From an uncultured Trueperaceae bacterium (GTDB lineage Bacteria > Deinococcota > Deinococci > Deinococcales > Trueperaceae): DNA of 64,000 bases. The position numbers and the translations under genes were made by a program. Below, in pieces: positions 51,445 through 61,440 of this stretch. The number at the start of each line of letters is the position of its first letter. Position 1 is the stretch's first letter. Location of the stretch: positions 32,001 to 96,000 of the forward strand of contig CAVSGP010000009.1 in the NCBI GenBank assembly GCA_963727505.1, given 5' to 3'. Under the pieces are notes generated by a model that saw nothing but the letters and a program-made list of their open reading frames with translations, did not search any database and was not told the DNA's origin.

Positions 51445-53472
51445 TTAGTCGGCGCCGTCCTCGACGGCCGTCAGGAGGATGGGTCGAACCAGGTGGGCGG
51501 CGGCCACCGGGCCGTCCGCGGCGTGCGGGTGGCCTTCGTCGACGGGCCGCGGTCGGACGTGTCGCTCGGTGTCGACCGGACAGTGTTCGGGTTGCCAGAG
51601 GTCGGTGTCGTAGCGCCCCCGGCTGCGTGCCAGCCCCCGCCGGATCTCTTCGAAGAACGCCCGCGCCAGGTGGGTGACGGCCGCGCGCGTGACGCGCAAG
51701 CCCTCGGCGCCGGCCCAGCGGAGCTCGTCGCTGCCACACAGCGAGGTGGTATCGGCTTTGGTGATGGGCGCACGGTTGCGGGCGGCTTGCGGCGTGCCGC
51801 CGCTCGCGCGGGCGCCCTCGCGGAGCTCGGCGAGCGCTGCGGAGGCGGCCGCCAGGTGATCCCGGACCGTGCGGTAGGTCGCTTCATCGATGAGGCCGCG
51901 CTCGTGCTTCAGCTCGTTGAGCCCCTGAGCCACGCGGTAGGTGGTGGTGGCGATGTCGTCGCGCGTCATCGCCTCCGTCTCGAAGGAGAGGGTGTCGGCC
52001 CAGGTGGGCTCGAGCAAGGCGCGCCGGTACTCCTCGAGGCTGTCGTAGCGGAGCCGGTAGCCTAGCGAGGGGTCCTCGAAGGCGCGACTCCCCGGATCGA
52101 GGAAGGGGGCGAGCGGCGCGACGTAGAACTGCAGGCGACGGTCGTTGCCGAAACGCTCGGCCAGCCGTTCGCAGAAGGCCACCGTTTCCAGCGCGTTCTC
52201 GGGCGTCTGGTGAGGGAGGCCCACCATGAAGAAGAGATCGAGCTTGCGGCAACCGTGCGCCAGGGCCCCTTCTATGGTGCTCTCCAGTGCCTCGTTGGGG
52301 TAGGGGAACTTGCCGTTGACACGCCGGATGTCCTCGTCGGCCGACTCGAGCGTGATCTCGAGGCTCCAGGCCGCGGCGGAGCGTTCGACGAGATCGAAGA
52401 ACTCGTCACCCGCGGGGAAGAACAGCTCGAACACGAGCTCGTTGGGGAGCGCGGCGTCGGTCAGCAGCTCGAAGATGCGGCGCGCACGGGGAGCTCCGCC
52501 GATGCGCGGATCGTGGACCATGAAGATGGGCGACCGGGAGAAGCTGCTGATCGTCCGCATGTCCTCGACCAGGCGTTCGGGTGACCGGTAGGCGGGACGG
52601 CGCCGGTTGGAGGTGATGGCGTAGGCGCTGCGCGAGCCGCCGCAGATGGCGCAATCGAGGGTGCAGCCCCGAGAGTTGAGCACCATCGTCGTCGGGTGCC
52701 GGATCCACTCTAGGTAGGGCACGACGTCCGCCAGGTCCCGGTACTTGAGCACCGAGCGCAGCACGTACGCGTATGCGGGCACATCGATGCCGTCGAGATC
52801 GGCGGGCACGAACGAGAGCGGGTTCACGTGGACGCGTCCCTCGTCGTCGCGGTAGGTCAGGTTCTCCACCGCATCCAGCGGTGTGCCCTCGCGCAGCGCC
52901 GCTAGGAGCTGGCGGGCGGGCTCCTCGGTCGAGTCGCCCCGCAGCACGTAGTCGACGGCGGGGTTCTCGGCGAGCTCCCGGTGGAAGTAGCTGGCCGAGA
53001 GGCCGCCCATCAGGACGGCTGCGTCCGGATGGAGGCGCTTGATGAGCTCGGCCACTGCCAGGGCGCCCTGCGCGTGCGGCAGCCAGTGCAGGTCGATGCC
53101 GTAGATCGGGGCCCGCAGCCGCCGCAGGTGGGCTTCGGCGTCGAAGTCGGCGGCCCGCAGCATGCGGTAGGCGAGGTTGACGATGCGAACGTTGTAGTGA
53201 TTGCGCTCCAGGTACGCCGCGATGCTGGTGAGCCCCACCGGGTACATCTCGAACTGGCCCGTCGACGGCACCACGTCGGCGAAGGGACCTTGTAGGAGGG
53301 TCTTGGTACGGAAGTCGAAGATCGAGGGCGCGTGTACGAGCACGAGGTCGGTCGCGAAGGCCGCCCTGGGCCCGGACCCGATCAGGCGGGGACGCAAGGA
53401 CGGTGCGGGCGTAGGCAGGACGGACCGGGTGGCCGAGGGTGCCGGACGCTGCCGTGGGGGGGAGGGCTCCAT
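51445..53472 (-). CDS. B12-binding domain radical SAM protein (TIGR04190/Ta0216-like)
   Basis: DLVLVHAPSIFDFR, PST..FEMYPVG, GIDLHWLPHAQG, MGGLSASYF, RGCTLDCAICGGS (CxxxCxxC), FFMVGLP and APFLDPGS; start uncertain. Confidence 0.85.
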   Translation of the reverse strand: MEPSPPRQRPAPSATRSVLPTPAPSLRPRLIGSGPRAAFATDLVLVHAPSIFDFRTKTLLQGPFADVVPSTGQFEMYPVGLTSIAAYLERNHYNVRIVNLAYRMLRAADFDAEAHLRRLRAPIYGIDLHWLPHAQGALAVAELIKRLHPDAAVLMGGLSASYFHRELAENPAVDYVLRGDSTEEPARQLLAALREGTPLDAVENLTYRDDEGRVHVNPLSFVPADLDGIDVPAYAYVLRSVLKYRDLADVVPYLEWIRHPTTMVLNSRGCTLDCAICGGSRSAYAITSNRRRPAYRSPERLVEDMRTISSFSRSPIFMVHDPRIGGAPRARRIFELLTDAALPNELVFELFFPAGDEFFDLVERSAAAWSLEITLESADEDIRRVNGKFPYPNEALESTIEGALAHGCRKLDLFFMVGLPHQTPENALETVAFCERLAERFGNDRRLQFYVAPLAPFLDPGSRAFEDPSLGYRLRYDSLEEYRRALLEPTWADTLSFETEAMTRDDIATTTYRVAQGLNELKHERGLIDEATYRTVRDHLAAASAALAELREGARASGGTPQAARNRAPITKADTTSLCGSDELRWAGAEGLRVTRAAVTHLARAFFEEIRRGLARSRGRYDTDLWQPEHCPVDTERHVRPRPVDEGHPHAADGPVAAAHLVRPILLTAVEDGAD

Positions 53473-53642
53473 CGATGCCAGCGTTTCACTTCGGAACGGC
53501 TCTTCCCAGGGGCAAAGGTCTCGGTTCCGTTCCGCGACGCAGCCGACCGGCCGTGACCGCCGTGCGGCCGACGGCGTCGGGGGCGTTTGCCTCTTGGCAG
53601 GCGTCCCGCCAGCCCGCAAAGTGGCAGCGGAAGGAGGGGACG

Positions 53643-54197
53643 ATGGATCACACGACGTGGCCCACCACGGGACACCATGTGCTGGTGACCTACGCGAGCA
53701 AGTACGGCTCCACCGAGGCGATCGCCGAGGCCATCGCCAGCTCGTTGCGCGAGGAGGGTCTGACGGTCGACGTCGCGCGTTGCAAGGACGTCAAGGATCT
53801 CGCCCCCTACACAGCGGTCGTGATGGGGAGCGCCGTGTATGTGGGGCGGTGGCGTCGCGAGGCGGCCGACCTGCTGCGGCAGGGCGAAGCCCAGCTCGCC
53901 CGTGTTCCGGTGTGGCTGTTCTCGAGCGGCCCGACCGGCGAAGGCGAGGCCGAGGAGCTGCTCAAGGGATGGCGCTTCCCCAGCGCGCTCGAGGGCGTTG
54001 CCGACCGCATCGGTCCACGCGACATCGCAGTGTTCCACGGTGCGCTCGACCGGAGCAGGCTCCATCCCTTCGACGCCTTCATCGTCCGGAACGTCAAGGC
54101 GCCCCTCGGCGACTTCCGCGACCTCGACGTGGTGGCTGCATGGGCGCGTAGCATCGGTGCGGAGCTGCAACAGGAGCGCATGCTGGCCGGCGTCTGA
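53643..54197 (+). CDS. Flavodoxin-domain protein (HemG-like family)
   Basis: YASKYGSTEAIA, GSAVYVGRW, WLFSSGP and GDFRD; AAGGAGG SD. Confidence 0.85.
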   Translation: MDHTTWPTTGHHVLVTYASKYGSTEAIAEAIASSLREEGLTVDVARCKDVKDLAPYTAVVMGSAVYVGRWRREAADLLRQGEAQLARVPVWLFSSGPTGEGEAEELLKGWRFPSALEGVADRIGPRDIAVFHGALDRSRLHPFDAFIVRNVKAPLGDFRDLDVVAAWARSIGAELQQERMLAGV

Positions 54198-54230
54198 CGC
54201 TCACCGCCGGGAGCGCGCTGCGCGTGCCGC

Positions 54231-57200
54231 CTATGCCTCGTCGGTGGGACCGCCCTCCTCTTGGCGCACGGCGGCCGTACTCCGCGCCCACGCCAGGAGC
54301 GGAGCGAGCGTCAGGCGCTCCGGCGTGCCGGGGGGCCCGGCGGAGGAGGCGAGCGCCTCCGCGAGGACGGCCAGCACCGCCTCGTCGATGCGTCGATGCG
54401 CGATTCCGCAGGCGCGCCAGCGCGCCCCGTCCACCGTCTCGTCCGGAACCTCGGTGATGACGGTCAAGGCCGGGGCGAAGGCGTCGTCGTCGACCTTTTC
54501 CGGCGCGGTGACGGTCTCCCAGAACGGAAGCCCCCGCGCGAAGCGGAAGGGCGTCGCGGCCAGTGGGCGGTAGCGCCCGGAGCGCGCGACCTGGCTGCGC
54601 GTGAGATCGGCAACCGTCGGCTCGGCGTCGAGGGCCGTGGCCACGCGTTCGCGCAGGGCGTCGGCGAGTGCCTCCGCTGACGTGGTCGGCGCGTGGCGGA
54701 CCGTCAGGATGGTGAGGTGCCCCACCGGCAACGACCAATTGGCGAAGCCCGCCGGCACGTAGCCCGTCTGCGGCCTGACCCACTCGTGAGCGGGGTAGCC
54801 GTGATTGTTGAGGTGTACGAGGGGGCGCCAGCGCCGCCAGGCATCGCGTCTCTGCGCGCTCTCTCCGATGAGGCGGCCGTCGAGCTCGGGGTCGGTCTGC
54901 AGGTCCGCGCCGAAGGCGGTGTAGCGGGCGGCGTGGTGCATGTGGTTGGGGGCCAGGCTGCACAGGGCGGCGTGCAGCCGCGCCCCGTCGGGATTCTCGA
55001 GCGGGTGCACGACGAGATTCAGAGCGCGCATGAGATCGGGGCGTTCCAGCTCGGCGGTGAGTAGCGCCAGCACCGCCTGGGTGCTCGTCGGCTCGTTCGC
55101 ATGCTGCCGGGCGGAGATCAGCACGCTCGGCGTCCAGCGAGCGCGCCGCGCGCGCGAGACGTCGGGCCCCGCCGGGTAGCCGGTCTCCAGCGCCACCAGC
55201 GGCTGCCCGAGGATGCTCTCGTGAGCTACCCGCAGGTGCACGCCGGGATGCCGGGCCGCGAGGTGCCGTGCGTAGCGCACGACCTCGTGCGGGTGGAGGG
55301 GCCGGGCGGGGAGCGGCGGCGCGAGACGTGGTCGCTCGGGCGCGTCGACGGCAGCGGGGGAGACGCATCGCTCGCGTCCGCCAGCACGGAACGCAAGCGC
55401 CAGGCCGCCGGGCATGGGCGCAAGCCCGCGCTCGGCGCCCCACGCCAGGCGGTCGAGGGCCGCCTCGGCGTCGGCCGGAGCGCCGTCGACCGCGAGGACG
55501 AGGGTCGCGGGTGCACGGCCCTGCCCCACCAGCTCGCTTCCACGAACGTTCACGTCGAGGGGCAGGGCTCGGAGGGGACGCCCGCCGGACGGCCACACGG
55601 TGACCGCCTCGCTCCCTGGCCCGCGCGCCACGACTCGCACGCGGGTCGCCTCGCCCGGGGAGGCGTGGCAGAACGGCAGGATGCGGGCCGGTGCGAGGTG
55701 GCGCGGCCCGTGTTCCGGCCGGACGGCTGCGTAGGCCTCCAGGAGACCGAAGTAGATGTCCTCGTGGAGTCCCTCCAGGACGCTGTCCGTCTCGTGGTCG
55801 AGGTCGAGCCGGTCGTCCGGTTCGCTGACGTGCAGGATGACGGCGATCTCGTGCAGGAAAGGCGGCTCCCGCCCCTGCGCCTCCCGGGCAAGCTCAGGGA
55901 ACACCTCGCGCGCGAGGAACGACCAGGCCTCCTCGCGGTCGGTGGGCACGCGGGTCTCGGCGAGCACGCGGCCGCCGACGACGGCCCGCACCGCTGCCGT
56001 GGTGGAGAGCGCCGGCTCACCCGCAAGGCGGGGGGACGGGGTGACCGGTGGAGTCAGTACGGCCTTGTACAGCAAGCCGCCGGAAGCGTCGAGGGCGCGC
56101 ACCCGGTAGCGAGGCGGGCCGGCGTCTTCGTCGAGCAGGAGCCGCGTCTCGACGCCGGGGTGCAAGCGCTGTAGCAGGTCCGAGGCCGGATACAGCTCAC
56201 GCAGCCAGCGCTCGGCCACGCCGTAGCGGTCCTCCTGCCGTCCCACGTGCACCTCCAGGACGCGGGTCGTCGACGGCAGTGCGGGGCCGATCTCCTCGAC
56301 GAGCCAGTGGAGGGCGGGTTTGTAGGCGTGGCGCACATGCACACGGCCGGGCTCGTGTCCCGCGGACGCCAGGCGGGCGGCGAGCTGCTGCGCCAGCTGC
56401 CGGCGCAGCGGTAGCGCTTCCGAGGCGTAGACCTCGAGGTCGAAGGGGCCGTCGGGGAGCGGCAGCGCTGCTGCCGCGTCCAGAAGACGGTCGCCCTCCC
56501 AGGGGGCGTCGTGGCTCCAGCGCCGGACCTCCCCGTCGCGCGCGCTGTTGCGCACCGGCGCGCCCAGCCGGAGGGGCGCATCGTGCCCCGGGTAGGGGAG
56601 CGCGTATGCCCGAACGGGCCCGGCGGCGGCCGGACTCCCGCCCGTGCTGCGGGCCGTGGCGCTAGCAAGGGTGCCGGCCACGGCGGCGGCCGCGAGGCGC
56701 CCGGCGCGGGTCTCCAGGCGCAGGAACCGTAGGAGGTCGCGCTCGAGCTCGTCGAGCGAGGAGCCGTCGGGCAAGCGTGGGAAGCCGCGCGCCACATAGT
56801 GGCAGGCGACGCGGACGGCTTCGGCATCGGCTCCGACAACCTCGAGCCCGTCGACGGTGTGGCCGCGGGCCACGCGCACTGCCCACTGGCCCGCCTCGAG
56901 GGCGGGGTCGATGCCGACGTGGACGCGCGCGTTCGACGCGTCTGCGGTCATCGGAACGGCGGGCTCGAGCGCGACCGTGGCCAGCCGCGCGGCCACCTCC
57001 AGGGCCTCAGGGATGCCGGCCGTGCTTCGGAATCCGCCGACGAAGCGCTGAGGGAACTCGGTCGGGCCGGAGTAGAGGCCGCCGCCGGCGAGCGCGCCAC
57101 CCAGGGAGAGGGGCGAGAGGGAGCCGTCCGATACCTCGCCGGGTTCGCCGTCCAGTGACGGGCGCGGTTGCCCGCCGGGCGGGGGCGCCCACAGGAGTGC

Positions 57201-57626
57201 CAGCGCCCGCGCCGTGGCCCCCAAGGACGGACCGTCCTCGGCCGCCAGGAGCAACCCGTCAACGGAAAGGACCGCGCACGCACCAGGCGCCAGCGCCCGC
57301 GTCGCGTCCTCGGCGAGGCCGGAGGAGGTGACGGGGAGCGGCCCGCCGGGCGGGCACACGCCGAAGAAGAGCGCCGGCCGCGGGGTCTCCCAGACGCGTG
57401 TTGACACCTGCAGCCGCAGCGCGCGGGACCCGAGCGCGCCCAGCAGCTCGGCGGCCGCCGCAACGGCGGCGTCCACGGTGACGCCTGACCCGGCGCCCAA
57501 GCCGGCATCGGCGCCAGCAACGACGCCGCCCGTGCCGATCCAGGCTTCGCCCACGAGCGCGTCCGCGAAGCCGTCCCCGTCGAGGTCGGCGAGGAGGGTG
57601 GCGCGCGGATCGAGGGCCGCGCTCAC
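54231..57626 (-). CDS. Large M14 family zinc carboxypeptidase-domain protein
   Basis: C-terminal ARQHANE (HxxE), ENPDG, HHAARY and NNHGYP.HEW; GTGA overlap with the permease gene. Confidence 0.82.
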   Translation of the reverse strand: MSAALDPRATLLADLDGDGFADALVGEAWIGTGGVVAGADAGLGAGSGVTVDAAVAAAAELLGALGSRALRLQVSTRVWETPRPALFFGVCPPGGPLPVTSSGLAEDATRALAPGACAVLSVDGLLLAAEDGPSLGATARALALLWAPPPGGQPRPSLDGEPGEVSDGSLSPLSLGGALAGGGLYSGPTEFPQRFVGGFRSTAGIPEALEVAARLATVALEPAVPMTADASNARVHVGIDPALEAGQWAVRVARGHTVDGLEVVGADAEAVRVACHYVARGFPRLPDGSSLDELERDLLRFLRLETRAGRLAAAAVAGTLASATARSTGGSPAAAGPVRAYALPYPGHDAPLRLGAPVRNSARDGEVRRWSHDAPWEGDRLLDAAAALPLPDGPFDLEVYASEALPLRRQLAQQLAARLASAGHEPGRVHVRHAYKPALHWLVEEIGPALPSTTRVLEVHVGRQEDRYGVAERWLRELYPASDLLQRLHPGVETRLLLDEDAGPPRYRVRALDASGGLLYKAVLTPPVTPSPRLAGEPALSTTAAVRAVVGGRVLAETRVPTDREEAWSFLAREVFPELAREAQGREPPFLHEIAVILHVSEPDDRLDLDHETDSVLEGLHEDIYFGLLEAYAAVRPEHGPRHLAPARILPFCHASPGEATRVRVVARGPGSEAVTVWPSGGRPLRALPLDVNVRGSELVGQGRAPATLVLAVDGAPADAEAALDRLAWGAERGLAPMPGGLALAFRAGGRERCVSPAAVDAPERPRLAPPLPARPLHPHEVVRYARHLAARHPGVHLRVAHESILGQPLVALETGYPAGPDVSRARRARWTPSVLISARQHANEPTSTQAVLALLTAELERPDLMRALNLVVHPLENPDGARLHAALCSLAPNHMHHAARYTAFGADLQTDPELDGRLIGESAQRRDAWRRWRPLVHLNNHGYPAHEWVRPQTGYVPAGFANWSLPVGHLTILTVRHAPTTSAEALADALRERVATALDAEPTVADLTRSQVARSGRYRPLAATPFRFARGLPFWETVTAPEKVDDDAFAPALTVITEVPDETVDGARWRACGIAHRRIDEAVLAVLAEALASSAGPPGTPERLTLAPLLAWARSTAAVRQEEGGPTDEA

Positions 57627-58444
57627 CCCTGCATCCTGGGATCGAGGGTGTCCCGGAGCCAGTCTCCCAGCAGGTTGAAGCCGAGCACGGTCACCGTGAT
57701 CGCCAGGCCGGGGAACGTCGACACCCACCAGGCCCGCTCGATGTAGTTGCGGCCGTCGGCCAGCATGCCCCCCCACGAAGGGATGGTGGGGTCGACGCCG
57801 AGGCCGAGGAACGTGAGGCCGGCCTCGAGCAGGATGTTGTTGGCGATGCCGAGGGTGGCCAGCACGGTGACGGGCGTGAGTGCGTTGAGCAGCACGTGCC
57901 GCACCAGGATGCGGCCGTGGCTGGCTCCCAGGCTGGTGGCCGCCTGCACGTAGTCGGTCTCCCGGATCGACAGCACCTGGCCGCGCACGATGCGCGCGTA
58001 CTGCACCCACTGGGCGAAGGCCATCACCAGCACGAGCTTCCACAGCCCGGGTCCGATGACGGCGATGACGGTGATGGCGAGCAGGATGAAGGGGAAGGCG
58101 AGCTGGATGTCGGCGAGCCGCATGAGCACGGTGTCCAGCAGGCCGCCGAAGTAGCCGGCCAGCAGGCCGATAACGGTGCCGATGATCGACGCGGCCGCCA
58201 CCGACGCGACCCCCACGATCAGCGAGATGCGCGCCCCGAAGATGATGCGCGACAGGATGTCGCGTCCGATCGCGTCGGCTCCGAGGAGATAGTCCGGTTG
58301 GAAGGGGGTTGCAAGGCGTGCACGAAGGTCGGCGACGGTGGGCTGGTGCGGGGCCAGGGCGGGCGCGAACACGGCGCAGGCCACGATGAGCAGCACGATC
58401 GCCGCTCCCAGCAGGAAGCTCGGGTCGGTCAGCGCCTTCTTCAT
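57623..58444 (-). CDS. Peptide ABC transporter permease (DppC/OppC-like)
   Basis: LGADAIGRDILSR, YVQAA..LGA and LTFLGLG..P..PSWG. Confidence 0.94.
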   Translation of the reverse strand: MKKALTDPSFLLGAAIVLLIVACAVFAPALAPHQPTVADLRARLATPFQPDYLLGADAIGRDILSRIIFGARISLIVGVASVAAASIIGTVIGLLAGYFGGLLDTVLMRLADIQLAFPFILLAITVIAVIGPGLWKLVLVMAFAQWVQYARIVRGQVLSIRETDYVQAATSLGASHGRILVRHVLLNALTPVTVLATLGIANNILLEAGLTFLGLGVDPTIPSWGGMLADGRNYIERAWWVSTFPGLAITVTVLGFNLLGDWLRDTLDPRMQG

Positions 58445-59364
58445 GCGTACCGGATCCGGGGGTCGAGCAGCGCGTAGCTCAGGTCGACGAGGAGGTTGAT
58501 GGCGGCGATGAAGATGGCGAGTACCGTGATGGTGCCCTGCAGCATGGGATAGTCCCGGAAGGAGATGGCGTTGAGGGCCAGCGAGCCCAGTCCCGGCCAG
58601 GCGAACACCTGTTCGACGATGACGACGCCGCCGAGCAGGGCGCCGAACTGCAGGCCGATGAAGGTGACGACAGGGATCAGCGCGGTCCTCAGCGCGTGGC
58701 GATAGAGCACGCGCTGCTCGGTGATGCCCTTGGCGCGCGCGGTGGTCACATATTGCTCGCCCAGCACGTCCAGCAGCGAGCTCCGAACCAGACGGGTGGT
58801 GGTGCTGGCCAGGATCAGTCCGAGCGTCAGGCTGGGGAGCACCAGACTACCCGCCCCCGCGAACCCCGACGGCGGGAACCACCGGAGTCGCACCGCGAAG
58901 ATGAGGATCAGCATGATCCCGAGCCAGAAGTTGGGGAACGACAGGCCGAGCAGGCTGAACACGCGAATGGCGAGGTCGCTCGGAGTGCCGTGGCGGCGGG
59001 CTGCTAGCACCCCCAGGGGCACGGCCAGGATCAGCGAGATCGCCAGCGCCGCGAACGCCAGCGACAGGGTGGCGGGGAAGCGGTGGGCTACCGCTTCGGC
59101 GACCGGCTGACCGCTGCGGAACGAGGTGCCCAGGTCGCCGCGGACCAGGCCGGCCAGGAACGACGCGTACTGCGTCAGGAACGGTTTGTCGGTGCCTAGC
59201 GCCTTGCGGATGGTGGCGAGCTGCTCGGTGGTCGGTGCGCTGGCGCCCTGGAACATCGCCACCGCCGGGTCGCCACTCAGGCGGATGGTGAAGGAGACGA
59301 ACAGGGTGATGCCGATCAGGACGAAGATCGACTGGAACAGGCGTTGGATGAGGTAACGCAACAT
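58441..59364 (-). CDS. Peptide ABC transporter permease (DppB/OppB-like)
   Basis: GDLGTS, PNFWLG, TARAKG, RHALR and EQVFAWPGLG. Confidence 0.94.
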   Translation of the reverse strand: MLRYLIQRLFQSIFVLIGITLFVSFTIRLSGDPAVAMFQGASAPTTEQLATIRKALGTDKPFLTQYASFLAGLVRGDLGTSFRSGQPVAEAVAHRFPATLSLAFAALAISLILAVPLGVLAARRHGTPSDLAIRVFSLLGLSFPNFWLGIMLILIFAVRLRWFPPSGFAGAGSLVLPSLTLGLILASTTTRLVRSSLLDVLGEQYVTTARAKGITEQRVLYRHALRTALIPVVTFIGLQFGALLGGVVIVEQVFAWPGLGSLALNAISFRDYPMLQGTITVLAIFIAAINLLVDLSYALLDPRIRYA

Positions 59365-59390
59365 GCCTGTCCGCCTCCTTCTTCAGGCCG

Positions 59391-60902
59391 TCAGTTGCTG
59401 ACGGACACGTTGGTGAGGTCGTTGCGATCGTCGGCCGGGGCCACGAAGCCCTGGACCCGGTCGGCCACGCCCCACAGGTTCTTGGACTGGTAGAGCGGAA
59501 GGTCGATCAGGTCCTCGTGTTCGATCTGCGCGATCTGCTGGAGGATCTGCTCGCGCTGGCTCTGGTCATAGGTGGCGCGTTCCTGCTCGAGAAGGGCGTC
59601 CAGCTTGGAATTGCTGTAGCAGGGGTTCCAGAATTGCTTGGTGTGGTACAGCAGGTACGCCGTGTTGTCGAAGTCGAGCGTCCAGCCGCCCCACCCGCTG
59701 TAGTACAGGTTCCCGACGGTGTTCTTGGGGACCAGCTCGTTGTAGTAGGTGTTGGTCTCGTGGCTCGCGATGGTGGGCTTCAGGCCGACCGCTTCGAGCT
59801 CCGAGGCGATGACCTGCGCGACCTCACGGAAGGTCGCGTCGGTGGCCGTGATGTCGATCCCGACGGGGGTGCCGGAGGCGACGCCCGCTTCGCTCAGCAG
59901 CTTCTTCGAGAGCTCCGGATCGTAGCTGTACGACGTGATGTTCGGGTCGTAGCCGAGCGACATCGACGACTGGAAGCTGGCGATCGGGATGCCGTATCCC
60001 TGCAGGATGCTGTCGATGATCCCCTGGGAGTCCACGGCGTGGGCGATCGCTTCGCGGACCTTGATGTTGTCGGTGGGGGCCAGGCAGAAGTTGAAGCGCA
60101 GCGCGTTCACGGTCGGGCTTCCGACCGGCACGAGCTTCACGCCCTGAGTCTTGGAGACGGTGTCGGCCAGGCTGATGGGGATGCCCTGGACGATGTCGAC
60201 CCGCCCCGCCTGGAGCTCGGCCACGCGTGTCGAGGGCTCCGGGATGAAGCGGAAGATCACCTTCGCGACCTTGGGCGCACCGCCCCAGTAGTCGGGGTTG
60301 GCGACCAGGGTGAGGTGGTCGTCGGGCACGTACTCGGTCACCTTGAACGGGCCGGTGCCGATCGGCATCTTGTTGAAGGTCTCGGGGGGATTGTCCGTGA
60401 CGTACTTGGGCGGCACGATCATGGCGCCGTAACCGGCGAGCTTGGTGATGAGCACCGGGTCGGGCGACTTCATGACGAAGTCCACCGTCGAGTCGTCGAC
60501 AACCTCGACGTGATCGATGCTGGTGTAGTTGGCCTGCTGCGGTCCCTTGGCGCCTTCCGGCCCGAGGAGCCGATCGAACGTGAACTTCACGGCCGCAGCG
60601 TTGAAGGGCTCGCCGTCCTGGAAGGTCACGCCCTGGCGGAGGTGGAAGCGGAGCCGGGTGTTGCTGGCGTCGGTCCATTCCCAGCTCGTGGCCAGGCCGG
60701 GCCCGATCTTCATGTTCAGGTCGCGGTGCACCAGGCCGTCGAAGATGTTCGAGCCGATCATGCCCCACGCCAGGTAGAAGGTGTCGATCGGATCCCAGCT
60801 CTGGGGATCCTGCTGCTGCGCGATGGTGAGCGTGCCACTGGGTTGAGCGAAGGCCCAGCCCAGCACCACGGCGGCGACGAGCGCCAGTACGGTTCTCTTC
60901 AT
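59391..60902 (-). CDS. Peptide ABC transporter substrate-binding protein (family 5)
   Basis: Signal peptide; PGLATSWE..LRQGVTFQDG; PIGTGPF; VREAIAHAVD. Confidence 0.94.
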   Translation of the reverse strand: MKRTVLALVAAVVLGWAFAQPSGTLTIAQQQDPQSWDPIDTFYLAWGMIGSNIFDGLVHRDLNMKIGPGLATSWEWTDASNTRLRFHLRQGVTFQDGEPFNAAAVKFTFDRLLGPEGAKGPQQANYTSIDHVEVVDDSTVDFVMKSPDPVLITKLAGYGAMIVPPKYVTDNPPETFNKMPIGTGPFKVTEYVPDDHLTLVANPDYWGGAPKVAKVIFRFIPEPSTRVAELQAGRVDIVQGIPISLADTVSKTQGVKLVPVGSPTVNALRFNFCLAPTDNIKVREAIAHAVDSQGIIDSILQGYGIPIASFQSSMSLGYDPNITSYSYDPELSKKLLSEAGVASGTPVGIDITATDATFREVAQVIASELEAVGLKPTIASHETNTYYNELVPKNTVGNLYYSGWGGWTLDFDNTAYLLYHTKQFWNPCYSNSKLDALLEQERATYDQSQREQILQQIAQIEHEDLIDLPLYQSKNLWGVADRVQGFVAPADDRNDLTNVSVSN

Positions 60903-61417
60903 GCGTCCTCCCTAGACGGTTGCGAAGCAGCCACGGGCGTGCACTCTCTCAGCCAGGACTGCCAGTCCCACACGCTCTTGCGATTCTCGATGATCTGGTG
61001 GCTATCCACCTCCTTCACGCCCTCCAACCCCGATAGCCTGTGGGCGAGGAACCGATGCAATGCGTCGGCGTCCGCGTGCAGCGACTCCACCACGATGGTG
61101 GTTCCGCCGAGGCTCACGCCCACGTAACGCACCTCCGGCATCGCCTCGAGCGCGTCGGCGACGGCGCCGGCCCTGGGGGCGGCCACGCGGACCAGACTCA
61201 CGGCATCGATGGGGATGCCGAGCTTGAGCGGGTCACCGGTCGCGACGATGGCGATGGCGCCCGACGCCAGGATCTTGCGGGTGCGCAGCCGAACGGTGCT
61301 CTCGGGCAGGCCGAGACGCCGGGCGATGGCGCTGAACGACATCCTGCCGTCGCTCTGGAGCGCAGCCAGGATGGCCAGATCGGTGGCATCGAAGGGGTCC
61401 TCGAAGGGCGTTGCCAT
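60899..61417 (-). CDS. Lrp/AsnC family transcriptional regulator
   Basis: D..DLAILAALQSDGRMSFSAIARRLGL.ESTV..R HTH followed by a ligand-binding domain; ATGA overlap with the SBP gene. Confidence 0.9.
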   Translation of the reverse strand: MATPFEDPFDATDLAILAALQSDGRMSFSAIARRLGLPESTVRLRTRKILASGAIAIVATGDPLKLGIPIDAVSLVRVAAPRAGAVADALEAMPEVRYVGVSLGGTTIVVESLHADADALHRFLAHRLSGLEGVKEVDSHQIIENRKSVWDWQSWLRECTPVAASQPSREDA

Positions 61418-61440
61418 GTTGTCCCGTCCCAAGGTTGGTC

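Noticed and set aside
53643..54197. Assigning hemG
   Set aside because: The fold family fits, but no heme biosynthesis context is present and this family has many members of other function.
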